The notes under the pieces are model-generated. The model worked only from the letters and a program-made list of their open reading frames with translations. It had not been told where the DNA came from and searched no databases. Shown here piece by piece: positions 16,246-25,730 of a stretch of DNA of 32,000 nucleotides (position 1 is the first letter of the stretch; each line of letters starts with the position of its first letter). The DNA lies in NCBI GenBank assembly GCA_016700135.1, contig CP065004.1, forward strand, positions 390,001 through 422,000. Direction: 5' to 3'. Position numbers and translations under genes: made by a program. Origin of the DNA: Candidatus Saccharimonadota bacterium. GTDB taxonomy: Bacteria; Patescibacteriota; Microgenomatia; UBA1406; GWC2-37-13.

Positions 16246-17931
16246 ATGTATATTTTTGGGATTTCAGCTTTCTACCATGATAGTGCAGCAGTCCTTTTGA
16301 AAGACGGCCAAATCATTGCTGCCGCCGAAGAAGAACGATTCACCCGGAAAAAACATGACAATTCATTCCCGTTCCGGGCAATTGAAAGGTGCCTCAGAAA
16401 TAACAATTTGACAATTAATACTATCGATGCAGTCGCCTACTATGAAAAGCCTCTTTTAAAATTTGAGCGCATACTGGAAACTTTTATTGAGACGTACCCT
16501 TTTTCGATCAAACCCTTTGTACGATCAATACCCGAATGGCTTGGTGAAAAAATCAGAATAGAAGATATTATCAGAAAAAAACTGAAATACAACGGACCTA
16601 TCTATTTTATACCTCATCATCTGTCTCATGCTGCCTGCGCATTTTATCCTTCCCCTTATAAAAAAGCTGCAATTCTGACCATCGACGGAGTAGGAGAGTA
16701 TCAGACTACGGCTCTTTGGCTTGGTGACGGAACAATGATAAGGCCCCTCAAAGAAATCAATTTCCCGCATTCATTAGGTCTTCTTTACTCGACATTTACT
16801 GCTTTTCTTGGCTTTCAGGTAAATAATGACGAGTGGAAAATGATGGGGCTCTCTGCCTACGGCAAACCGACATATGAAACAGGTGTATGGAAACTGCTTG
16901 ATGTAGGAGATGACGGGAGCTTTAGACTGAATATGGAGTATTTTTCATACAGAGAATCTTTTCAGATGTGGAGCCGGAAATTTGAAGAGTTATTTGGGAA
17001 ACCGAAAATGAAAGATGACCCATTTACCAAAAGACATAAAGATATTGCAGCCAGTATCCAAAAAGTGACTGAAATAATGTATTTCCGGATACTGCAGCAT
17101 TTGGCTGATCTGACAAAACAGACAGATGTATGCATAAGCGGCGGAGTCGGCCTGAATTCACTCGCCAACGGCAAAGCTTATGACAGTACTCCTTTCAAGA
17201 ACATCTATGCAATCGGCGTACCCGGAGATAACGGTGCGGCACTCGGAGCCGCACTTTACACCTATCATTCCGTTTTGAAAAAAGGTAAACGCCGGATCGC
17301 AGACACACTATACTTCGGTTCGGAATATACTGACAAGCAGATTGAAGACGTGTTAAAGAAGAATAAACTCAAGTATACGAAACTGGAAAAGAATGGATTG
17401 ATAACAAAGACTGTGAATCTCCTTACGAAAGATAAGATCATCGGATGGTATCAGGGAAAAATGGAGTTCGGACCACGTTCCCTCGGATCACGATCTATTC
17501 TTGCAAATCCGAAAAACAAAAATATGAAGAACCGTGTGAATGAAGTGAAGATGAGAGAGCAATTCAGACCTTTTGCCGCATCTGTTTTGCAGGATCATGT
17601 ACATGAGCTTTTTGAAGTACCGGAAAATCATGCATCTCCGTTTATGAACTTCGTGTTTCAAGTAAGAAAAGAAAGACGCAACGACATCTCGTCCATCGTC
17701 CACGCTGATAATACCTGCCGGATACAAACAGTGACGAAGAAGTCAAATCCGCTTTATTACGACCTTATCGAGGCCTTTTACAAAAAAACGGGTATCCCCT
17801 GTGTTTTAAATACGAGTTTTAACACGAAAATTGAACCGATTGTGGAAAACCCCGAACAGGCAGTATATGACTTACTACATACGAAATTAGATTATCTTGT
17901 GATCGGTAATTATTTTGTAGAGAAAGGCTAG
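16246..17931 (+). CDS. NodU/CmcH-family carbamoyltransferase
   Basis: MYIFGISAFYHDSAAVLLKDGQIIAAAEEERFTRKKHD at the N-terminus, and a length (561 aa) typical of the family. Confidence 0.85.
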   Translation: MYIFGISAFYHDSAAVLLKDGQIIAAAEEERFTRKKHDNSFPFRAIERCLRNNNLTINTIDAVAYYEKPLLKFERILETFIETYPFSIKPFVRSIPEWLGEKIRIEDIIRKKLKYNGPIYFIPHHLSHAACAFYPSPYKKAAILTIDGVGEYQTTALWLGDGTMIRPLKEINFPHSLGLLYSTFTAFLGFQVNNDEWKMMGLSAYGKPTYETGVWKLLDVGDDGSFRLNMEYFSYRESFQMWSRKFEELFGKPKMKDDPFTKRHKDIAASIQKVTEIMYFRILQHLADLTKQTDVCISGGVGLNSLANGKAYDSTPFKNIYAIGVPGDNGAALGAALYTYHSVLKKGKRRIADTLYFGSEYTDKQIEDVLKKNKLKYTKLEKNGLITKTVNLLTKDKIIGWYQGKMEFGPRSLGSRSILANPKNKNMKNRVNEVKMREQFRPFAASVLQDHVHELFEVPENHASPFMNFVFQVRKERRNDISSIVHADNTCRIQTVTKKSNPLYYDLIEAFYKKTGIPCVLNTSFNTKIEPIVENPEQAVYDLLHTKLDYLVIGNYFVEKG

Positions 17932-18875
17932 TGACAGTAGTTATTCTCCTTAAAAAAGATCAATACATCCTCTGCAATAACCGTATGACCTTGAATAGTA
18001 GGATGATAATCATTCGGATAATAATGGCTTTTATCTGCATAAATATCTTCCAGTTCAATCAGACTGATCTGACGAGAATGAGAAAAGTCCTCGGAGATTA
18101 GATCCACTGAAAATTTATTTATGCGAGGAAATGTCATAATTGCAAGGTTTCCTCCATAACCCGCAACAAACTCCTCAATAACCTTTTTTTGATAGTGAGT
18201 TGTGTAGTCCGGACCGTAATCGCTAATCATTTGTTTATATGCTCGAATCCATGCTTCCTGTTCATTTTTTCTTTGGTTATCTTCATCAAGATTTGAAAGC
18301 ATTATCTCGTTAACTTGAAAAAGGTCATCATCTTTGAGTAACCACAGCACATAATCAGGCTGATATTTCTGCCCCCGCAATCTATACCGCTCCGCAGCAT
18401 ACTCAATGTCATATCCGTGGACTCCCAAATTGATCACTTCATACTTCTTGTACTTACTACAATTGTTATTTAATAAGTCTTCCAGCTGTTCCGGCCAGTT
18501 ATCGGATGTATTCACATAAAGACCGTAAGTATATGAATCTCCCAATGTTATGATACGAAAAGTGGAAGGGTCTTTCTGAATTTCGTAGTTAAATCGTTCA
18601 TTGAATGTATCATGATTAATAAGATAAGTAGCCTGAGAAGGGCCCCATTCATTTACGGTTTCTTTCCGATCCGGTTTGGGTTCATAGTAGTACACAAGAT
18701 CGCTAACGATGTTGGAAGCAATAGATTCCTTCGGAATTCTGTTGACTACCGTCACTCCAAGGACATTGTTCTTATAGATGAGATAGCTGCTTATCAATGC
18801 TATGATGATTAGTTGGAAATAAACCAATCCAATAAACAGCCGTTTATTCTTCACAGGGAATAATGTTGTTTTCAT
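17928..18875 (-). CDS. Membrane-anchored SGNH/GDSL-like hydrolase (paralog 1)
   Basis: RIITLGDSYTYG (block I Ser), EVINLGVHGYD (block II), DYHPTIQGH (block V). Trimmed to the ATG at 18875 (MKTTLF...), just downstream of the stop of paralog 2. Confidence 0.65.
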   Translation of the reverse strand: MKTTLFPVKNKRLFIGLVYFQLIIIALISSYLIYKNNVLGVTVVNRIPKESIASNIVSDLVYYYEPKPDRKETVNEWGPSQATYLINHDTFNERFNYEIQKDPSTFRIITLGDSYTYGLYVNTSDNWPEQLEDLLNNNCSKYKKYEVINLGVHGYDIEYAAERYRLRGQKYQPDYVLWLLKDDDLFQVNEIMLSNLDEDNQRKNEQEAWIRAYKQMISDYGPDYTTHYQKKVIEEFVAGYGGNLAIMTFPRINKFSVDLISEDFSHSRQISLIELEDIYADKSHYYPNDYHPTIQGHTVIAEDVLIFFKENNYCH

Positions 18876-19842
18876 AGAGCTGGTTGAATAATTCCTCCGC
18901 AAGTAACTCGTGCCCCTTGGCCGTAGGATGATAATCATCAGGGATAAATGAAGCGTCAGGAATTTTAGTTACATTGGAGAACTCGGATAAAACGGCCATC
19001 TCTCTTTCTTTTACCTTTCGGGAAAGTATAGACAACATCTTCGGATCCTTGATATAAAGATTCATCACCACCAATTTATTATCGTAATAGTTAAAGATCT
19101 CGTTAAAATATTCTTCTTGCTGCTGAAGAAAGGTATCAGTCCCGACTTCATCTCTAAGCTCCAATGAAAACTTATACATCTTTTCGGCTTGCGGATAGGG
19201 TACGCCTTCTTTTACGAGAGCGTCATACTCTCCTGAAGCCTTCATTTCCTGGATAAGTTCTGCTTCTTTCTCGCTGGTCCTATCTCTCATCTCCAAAAAA
19301 TCATCGTCTTTCAACAGCCATATTACTAAATCCGGATCATATTTCTGTCCCCGGAGTCTGAATCGCTCTACTCCGTATTGGATATCGTACCCGGGGAAAC
19401 CAAGATTGATGACTTCATATTTTTCATAAACATTACACCGCTCGGAATCATTTAGTTTTCGCTCTAGAAATTCTGGCCAGATATTATCGCCGTCTACAAA
19501 CAGACCGTATGTCCAAGAATCTCCTAATGCAATGATTCTGAAAACATCTGCATCTTTGTCTACTGAATATTCCTGATCTTCACGCAGTGAATCACCGTTT
19601 ATTCTGTACTCACCATGATATAGTTTTGACCAGTCAGGATCACGTATAGTCGAGTTTGGGGCCGGCTCATAATAGTGTTTAAGACGACTTTGGACATTTT
19701 CTTTCAACAACTCCTTAGACATCGGAGCAACTGAGATAGCTGTCCCGAAAACATCCGGTTTGGAAAAAATTCGATATAAAAGAAACAGAGCAATGACCCC
19801 CTGTACACCTACTATAGCTATAAATAGTGTTGTTTTACTCAT
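18844..19842 (-). CDS. Membrane-anchored SGNH/GDSL-like hydrolase (paralog 2)
   Basis: RIIALGDSWTYG, EVINLGFPGYD, DDYHPTAKGH. It aligns by eye along its length with the downstream paralog. Confidence 0.65.
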   Translation of the reverse strand: MSKTTLFIAIVGVQGVIALFLLYRIFSKPDVFGTAISVAPMSKELLKENVQSRLKHYYEPAPNSTIRDPDWSKLYHGEYRINGDSLREDQEYSVDKDADVFRIIALGDSWTYGLFVDGDNIWPEFLERKLNDSERCNVYEKYEVINLGFPGYDIQYGVERFRLRGQKYDPDLVIWLLKDDDFLEMRDRTSEKEAELIQEMKASGEYDALVKEGVPYPQAEKMYKFSLELRDEVGTDTFLQQQEEYFNEIFNYYDNKLVVMNLYIKDPKMLSILSRKVKEREMAVLSEFSNVTKIPDASFIPDDYHPTAKGHELLAEELFNQLYENNIIPCEE

Positions 19843-20848
19843 GATGTCTCTGTTTAAAAAAACTATATATAAAATGATCCACCATAAACTTCATTCGCAG
19901 ACTGCTATCGGCAAGCTGCGGAAAAATAATCGAAATAAAAGCAAGTAATTGTATCTTTATATTACCCTGTTTTTGATCCAGAATTTTTTTTGCCAGCACT
20001 CTTATATCCGATTTCTTTGCAAAAATAATAGAGTGTAAAAAATCACTCTCCAGTCTTCTATCTGAGTTTCCTGGCATTATGTTTTTTTGTACTTCTCTAC
20101 TCACCCCTCCCATGTGCCGATGCAGTACATATTGTATTTCATTGCGGAAATTTGTTTTCGTTTTTTTTGCATAGTCATACCATGTTGAACCTGCATGTTT
20201 TCGATAGTACCCTAGTATATACTGCTGGTACTTAAATTCTCCAATTCGAGCCAATGTAAATATAGTGGGTATATCTATAAAAGGATATTCAGACATGCTT
20301 TGAAATCCTCCTATTTCATCAAGGGCTGATTTTCTTATCATAACGGTGACGGGAATAATAGAAAAATCCAATTGGGCGAATAATTTGAAAATTGACTCTC
20401 GGGGGATATTATTTAATTGATGTATCGGTTTATTGTAGCTACCGATATAAAATCCTCTGTTTGTTTTGTCAATAATTACCCAATCACCGTATGCAAGAAC
20501 AACCTTTTGAGAATCAAAAGCTTTTAATTGAGTTTCCAGCTTGTCTTTCGGCCACATATCATCACCTTCTAATATTGCGACATATTCCCCTTGTGCTTTC
20601 TGCAAAGCCTCATTATATGTGTCTCTCAGTTTAGAAACACCCCAGTTACGAGTATGCCGAATATACCTTACTCTCTTTTCGTCTTTCATATATTGAGGGA
20701 CAATCTTACTCGTGTCATCGGTAGAGTGATCATCAATAATAATCATCTCCCAGTTGGGATATGTCTGTGCAAGAACACTTTCGATGCAGTCAGCAATAAA
20801 TGGACCCTGATTATATGTCGGAGTAATAATTGTAATGTTCGGTTTCAT
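19835..20848 (-). CDS. Family 2 glycosyltransferase
   Basis: ITIITPTYNQGPFIADCIESVLAQTYPNWEMIIIDDHSTDDT is a classic GT2 N-terminus. Confidence 0.85.
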   Translation of the reverse strand: MKPNITIITPTYNQGPFIADCIESVLAQTYPNWEMIIIDDHSTDDTSKIVPQYMKDEKRVRYIRHTRNWGVSKLRDTYNEALQKAQGEYVAILEGDDMWPKDKLETQLKAFDSQKVVLAYGDWVIIDKTNRGFYIGSYNKPIHQLNNIPRESIFKLFAQLDFSIIPVTVMIRKSALDEIGGFQSMSEYPFIDIPTIFTLARIGEFKYQQYILGYYRKHAGSTWYDYAKKTKTNFRNEIQYVLHRHMGGVSREVQKNIMPGNSDRRLESDFLHSIIFAKKSDIRVLAKKILDQKQGNIKIQLLAFISIIFPQLADSSLRMKFMVDHFIYSFFKQRHHE

Positions 20849-21987
20849 TTAGAGGTTTCCTGCAGTAAATGACAATATGCTTGTACCATTGCATCCTCTG
20901 AGTAGAATGAAGCTCTCTGCAGAGATTTATTACTATAGTATGAATACTTTTCAGCGTCAGTACATAATGCAATAATTGCATCGCTCATAGCTTTCGGATT
21001 CTTCATGGGGACCAATATCCCGAATTCACCCTTATTCAGAATTTCTGCAGGTCCATGAGGCGTATCCGTTGATATGACAGGTAGACCTTGCGACATCGCC
21101 TCTACTATTACATATCCAAAGCCTTCACGATGTGAAGAAAAGATAAATACGTCAGCGTTATCAAACTCCCTCAGAACATTTTGCGTCCATCCTTTCATAA
21201 CAACACTGTCATTTGCAGTATTTTCTTCTATCATTCTTTCCGTCTTGGTTCGCTCTGGTCCGTCTCCATAGATGAAAAGCTGTATCTCCGGTATTGTCAT
21301 CGCAGCTAGCTTGACAGCGGAAATGAGTGTGGAGAAATCCTTCTGTGACACGAGACGAGCGGCAGTAACCAAGCGATATGTATGATTCCTAACCCGACTA
21401 ACCCCAACGGTCCGTACTCCGTTCGGGATAGTAATACATTTTGTTTTATCTATACCAAAGTATGTTATATGCTGCTTTGTAATATCAGAAGAAACAGCTA
21501 CAACTTTGTCGGCTACATTGTATAAATTCGAAACCAAAGTTTTTAATATACTCTGAAGAAGTCTGCTGGATCGGTGCCTAATATTTTCTTTCAGGTTTAT
21601 ATGAGTTGTCAGAATGAGTTTCGGCCTGTTATTGAAAGGAAAAAGGTATAATAATGCTACCAAAATATTGCAATAAATATCGACACTGATGATATATTCT
21701 GGAGAATGCGATTTCAGCTGACGTTGTAGCCACATTGCCACCCGAAAATATTTCTGTATAGTTACAATGCGTAGGGAAAATTTTTCCTGCTGCATGCTGT
21801 CATTTTGAAAAAAAGAAATATTGGGTAAATCATTACTTCTATACTGTGGTGCGTGTATACAGAGCGTCCTTATTTTATATCCCGGCATTAACTCCTGTAA
21901 TCTATAGAGCTGTTTCAGATAAGTGCCCGTCCCGCCATCAATGTTATTTATGACAATTACCAATTGTTTCTTTTGCAGATTGTTCAT
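20845..21987 (-). CDS. Family 4 (GT-B, group 1) glycosyltransferase
   Basis: VFIFSSHREGFGYVIVEAMSQGLPVISTD (EX7E region). 4-nt overlap with the downstream GT2 gene. Confidence 0.85.
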   Translation of the reverse strand: MNNLQKKQLVIVINNIDGGTGTYLKQLYRLQELMPGYKIRTLCIHAPQYRSNDLPNISFFQNDSMQQEKFSLRIVTIQKYFRVAMWLQRQLKSHSPEYIISVDIYCNILVALLYLFPFNNRPKLILTTHINLKENIRHRSSRLLQSILKTLVSNLYNVADKVVAVSSDITKQHITYFGIDKTKCITIPNGVRTVGVSRVRNHTYRLVTAARLVSQKDFSTLISAVKLAAMTIPEIQLFIYGDGPERTKTERMIEENTANDSVVMKGWTQNVLREFDNADVFIFSSHREGFGYVIVEAMSQGLPVISTDTPHGPAEILNKGEFGILVPMKNPKAMSDAIIALCTDAEKYSYYSNKSLQRASFYSEDAMVQAYCHLLQETSK

Positions 21988-22000
21988 ATATAATTTATGC

Positions 22001-23257
22001 GTGAATATCCTTAAAAAACAAAAGCTCGAGTTACTGTTTTACCTACTCAGTATATTCCTTCTTCGCGTACCTATTATAAGCATACAGGGAATACCGCTAT
22101 TCTCTACCCATGTCCTGGCTGTAGCCGTAATTCTTTTCCTGTTTTCTAAGGCTATTTTCAATACATTTCGAGAGAAGAAACCGTTGGTTTCTCTCAGTAC
22201 AGAAACGGTTGTAATTCTTACGTTCTTTCTTACACAAGGTCTCTCCGCTCTATACACCGTAAGTATCAGCAGCTTTCTTAATCGTTTTGTCAAACTGAGC
22301 ATCGCGCTTCTTCTCTTTATGGTTACCAAACGATTTCTTCATAAATATTCTCTTTATCCTTATATCCTGAATACACTCCTTATCAGTTCGGCAATAACTG
22401 TTGTTTTTCAAATCATACTGTACATTGCTCCTGACCAATACCTCACAGTGATGAATTTCTTTCAGCAGGTCAATTTGACTTCTGTGACGGAAGCAAATAT
22501 CACGTATCATAAACTGTTTGATGATACTTATATAGAATCAGTCCTTCCGATTGCCTTTTATCAGATGCAGGCCGGACAAACAGTTCTTCTTCGAGGCCTT
22601 TCTACAACCCTGCTTTATGTGACATTTATCGTTTCGTTTATTTCTAACTTCCGGTATCGCCTGGTATCAGCATTATTCTCACTGGCAGCATCTTTTATCA
22701 CACTTACTCAGCATCGATTAAAGATTTTTCTACCAATTCTAATGATCTCTACCTTTATTTCGTTACTTATTCTACTGGATTTTATTTTTTTACAAACCTC
22801 TGCATTCACAATCATCGATCGCTTTCTGCTCAGAAGTTCTGTTACGGATTCGTCAAGCCTTGTCTGGAGATTAGAGATGGCAAAGGAATCAATTGAGATG
22901 GCAAAGACTTTTCCCACCGGAGTGGGTCTTGGAAATTTTCAGGACTATCTTCCTTTCAGGAACACCAATTACACATTATTTTCATCAAGAGAAGTCATAG
23001 CCGAAGGAGCTATCACAGCAGGTCCTCACAATATCTTTTTCCAGACACTGGGAGAGACGGGATTCCCTGGTCTTATGGCACTAGTTGCGATGTTACTTGT
23101 CTTTCTACGCAAAGACATACAGACTCTGCATTCTCAGCGGTCTGACAAAAAGGCTATCATCATTTCCTTCTGGACACTTGTCGTTATGCTCCAGTTCTTT
23201 CCCGGCACAAACCTCTCCTATTACACGCTCTTTTTTCTGTTACGCGCTTTGGTTTGA
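22001..23257 (+). CDS. O-antigen ligase/polymerase-like (Wzy_C) polytopic membrane protein
   Basis: About 10 hydrophobic helices and the loop motif GPHNIFFQTLGETGFPGL. The start is moved to the in-frame GTG at 22001 because the track start at 21923 overlaps the divergent GT4 gene. Start uncertain. Confidence 0.6.
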   Translation: MNILKKQKLELLFYLLSIFLLRVPIISIQGIPLFSTHVLAVAVILFLFSKAIFNTFREKKPLVSLSTETVVILTFFLTQGLSALYTVSISSFLNRFVKLSIALLLFMVTKRFLHKYSLYPYILNTLLISSAITVVFQIILYIAPDQYLTVMNFFQQVNLTSVTEANITYHKLFDDTYIESVLPIAFYQMQAGQTVLLRGLSTTLLYVTFIVSFISNFRYRLVSALFSLAASFITLTQHRLKIFLPILMISTFISLLILLDFIFLQTSAFTIIDRFLLRSSVTDSSSLVWRLEMAKESIEMAKTFPTGVGLGNFQDYLPFRNTNYTLFSSREVIAEGAITAGPHNIFFQTLGETGFPGLMALVAMLLVFLRKDIQTLHSQRSDKKAIIISFWTLVVMLQFFPGTNLSYYTLFFLLRALV

Positions 23258-25618
23258 TGATGTGATAGCTTTTGCATACTGTGCTCTAAAGACATCCATG
23301 ACAGCTGTATATGCCGGTTTCTGTTTAAATTCATCATCCAGCAATGTCGCATTAGCATCAGGCTTCCCGGTAAACTCGAACCAGGAGACTTTGTCCGATA
23401 CTCCGAAAAAAGATATATCTGCACTCTCAATACTTCCTCTGTTCTCCCATAGTGCATCAAAGTATGCATTCAGAACGTCTGCATAGACGCGTGCCTGCTG
23501 CTGAAGCTTATCTGCTCCGTAGTATGCTGACATGTCTACATCAAGTTCGGTAATTTTCACGTCCAGACCCAATCCTAAGAATTTGCTGAAGCGGTCTTTC
23601 ATAGCTTGATAAGAAGGTGCATTGGCGCCATCTATGTGACCCTGCTCTCCAACCGCATCAATAAGGGGATATGATTGTCCGTTAATCTCAACCGTTTGTC
23701 CCCTCAGTGCACGGGCTATATTGAACGTCAGATCTCCGGCATCCGGACCGATAGTTCCTCCCTTGTTTATGAACAAGGTAGCGGTAGGATTAGCAATTCT
23801 TGCTGCTTCTAAGGCCGGCCTGATGTAAGCCGGAATCGTAAATGTTTCTCCGTTAACAGTGACATTTTCGGTGCCGCCGTGTTTTGTAAATATATCAATA
23901 TTGTCAAGCCGCGGTTCGTTCACTACTGACCAGGAAGATACTTCTGGATAAAAAGCTATTGTCTGTTCAATGTGACCAGATATAATCGCATTGATCTGCT
24001 CCCGAGTAAATGACCCATTGGCAAGCCAATCCGGAACTTTAGAAAGGAAGCCGGGTGAGTGTAGCCCCCATACAAGATGATGTCCTTGAATCGCCATTTT
24101 ATTCATATCGGCAAACTCAATCACTTTGTCTGCACGATCAGAGCGTACAAGCTCTTGACCGTTTGGATATACTTTATTCCATTCAATATCTCCATCTATC
24201 ACTACCTGATTCATGTGACGTAATGAACTCATATACTCTTTGGAAATTCTTCCGTCCACAAGACCTTCCCACAACGTTTGATTTCCGACAGAAATGTCAA
24301 GCATATCAACAAGCTCTCTCATTTTTTCCGGTTCTCCGAGGACTACCCATTCCTTTTGGTTCGGGACGTATATCTTTTCTTTACCGGTCGTATGATCTAC
24401 TGCGAAATAATAGTCACCTCTCCTTTCGTATCGGAAGTCCCCATTCCCGGTTACTTTCGGAGCAAACTGACTGTCAATATCTTTTCCTGCTAAAAATACA
24501 CGTGTTTTCTTGGTCTTTTTTGGATCATTCAGTTCAGTCATAAGTTCTTCCGTTCCGGTTCCGGAAAGGGCTGTCACACTGTCTGCAATAGTCCCAGCTT
24601 CATCTCCGTAGGCAGCTGCTAAACCTTCAGGAGTTGTGAATCCTACTCCTTGTACACGTGTGCCTACTACCGGACTATTCTCATATCGAGTAATAATGAA
24701 AATATCATTATTGTCATCTGCATCAGCATTTATTGCACGTCCTATGACGTCAACGGTGTTATCTTTGTTTATATGTCTATAAAAAGCGAGCGGAGATGTT
24801 TCGCCTGCAAGAAAGCCTACATCCACAACTTCATTTTGTGCTTCAGGAGACGTTCCAGAAGCAGCGATTGCCGTGGCATACTGCCATGCATGTAAAGGTG
24901 AATCAACGGTCATCTCCGAAAAGGTCGTTCCATCCGGAATTTCTACTCCCCAGGCTTTTGCTGTCTGTTCAGAAAACTCTTCAGTACCACCGAACTTATC
25001 AAAAACCGCAGTTATTCCCGATACGGCAAACTCTGATGTTGCCGGAACTGCCTCCGCTGGTACTCTATATAGATCCTGCAGAACACCTGGAAGCTGATTG
25101 GCTTCTGTAAGAAGTGTTGTATTTCCCTGATTATTTGCGACATAGATATGTTCGCGGGCCGCGGGATCTTCTATGACACCAACTGTCGGATCCAGGACTA
25201 TATCTCCTCCCGTCCATGTATATCTCGGGTCATTTTCAGCATCAAGCATATTCTCTTCTCCTGGTTTTACTTCAAAAAAGGTACCGGCTTGTCGGGCTGT
25301 TTTCGTTGTACCCACCGTTGTATTTTTGTCACGTGAGTTCATCCCGTTATCAAATCTCATGACACCTGCCTCAGGCATTACAACCTGTCCTTCTCGAGCA
25401 GGCTCGCCTGATACGATAGGAAGTTCTCCCCAACCGTTTCCATCCTGTTCAGCTCCTATATCTTGAGCTTCTGGTGCCGCGATAGCAGGTGCAAACTTCA
25501 TAGCAGCAAGAGCCGCTGCTGTTGTTCCCATTCCCTGTAAAAATCTTCTTCGGGAAAAGGATCTGTTAAAAATTGATTTTTCATTATTTCCGTTATTTGC
25601 TTCGAGATTATGTGACAT
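23240..25618 (-). CDS. Tat-signal secreted protein with a C-terminal GH10 (endo-beta-1,4-xylanase-like) domain
   Basis: Start set at the ATG at 25618 (MSHNLE...). Twin-arginine signal FSRRRFLQGMGTTAAALAA. GH10 motifs QGHHLVWGLHSP, WSVVNEP (acid/base Glu) and KITELDV (nucleophile Glu). The N-terminal region of about 480 aa is unassigned. Confidence 0.7.
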   Translation of the reverse strand: MSHNLEANNGNNEKSIFNRSFSRRRFLQGMGTTAAALAAMKFAPAIAAPEAQDIGAEQDGNGWGELPIVSGEPAREGQVVMPEAGVMRFDNGMNSRDKNTTVGTTKTARQAGTFFEVKPGEENMLDAENDPRYTWTGGDIVLDPTVGVIEDPAAREHIYVANNQGNTTLLTEANQLPGVLQDLYRVPAEAVPATSEFAVSGITAVFDKFGGTEEFSEQTAKAWGVEIPDGTTFSEMTVDSPLHAWQYATAIAASGTSPEAQNEVVDVGFLAGETSPLAFYRHINKDNTVDVIGRAINADADDNNDIFIITRYENSPVVGTRVQGVGFTTPEGLAAAYGDEAGTIADSVTALSGTGTEELMTELNDPKKTKKTRVFLAGKDIDSQFAPKVTGNGDFRYERRGDYYFAVDHTTGKEKIYVPNQKEWVVLGEPEKMRELVDMLDISVGNQTLWEGLVDGRISKEYMSSLRHMNQVVIDGDIEWNKVYPNGQELVRSDRADKVIEFADMNKMAIQGHHLVWGLHSPGFLSKVPDWLANGSFTREQINAIISGHIEQTIAFYPEVSSWSVVNEPRLDNIDIFTKHGGTENVTVNGETFTIPAYIRPALEAARIANPTATLFINKGGTIGPDAGDLTFNIARALRGQTVEINGQSYPLIDAVGEQGHIDGANAPSYQAMKDRFSKFLGLGLDVKITELDVDMSAYYGADKLQQQARVYADVLNAYFDALWENRGSIESADISFFGVSDKVSWFEFTGKPDANATLLDDEFKQKPAYTAVMDVFRAQYAKAITSSNQSA

Positions 25619-25730
25619 AAGTATATAATAAACTTTATATACCCTATAGTATATTAGGCTTCGAATCATAACGCAAGGGTTTATCCCATAATAATACACA
25701 CTGCATGCGTATATCGATTGCGTGGTTCTT

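Noticed and set aside
18876-18938. 21-codon N-terminal extension of SGNH paralog 1
   Set aside because: It overlaps the 3' end of paralog 2. The Met at 18875 precedes the TM anchor, mirroring the N-terminus of paralog 2.
21923-22000. ORF-track start at 21923 for the Wzy/ligase-like gene
   Set aside because: It would overlap the divergent GT4 gene start by 65 nt. The in-frame GTG at 22001 is preferred, though still uncertain.
23085-23486. 133-aa plus-strand ORF spanning the ligase-like gene end and the GH10 end
   Set aside because: It is out of frame with one real gene, antisense to the other, and has no motif.
24055-25466. Plus-strand ORFs of 62-162 aa (for example 24055..24543) within the GH10 gene
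   Set aside because: They are antisense to a long CDS with clear catalytic and Tat motifs. Their compositions (Ser/Pro/Arg-rich) are typical of shadow frames.
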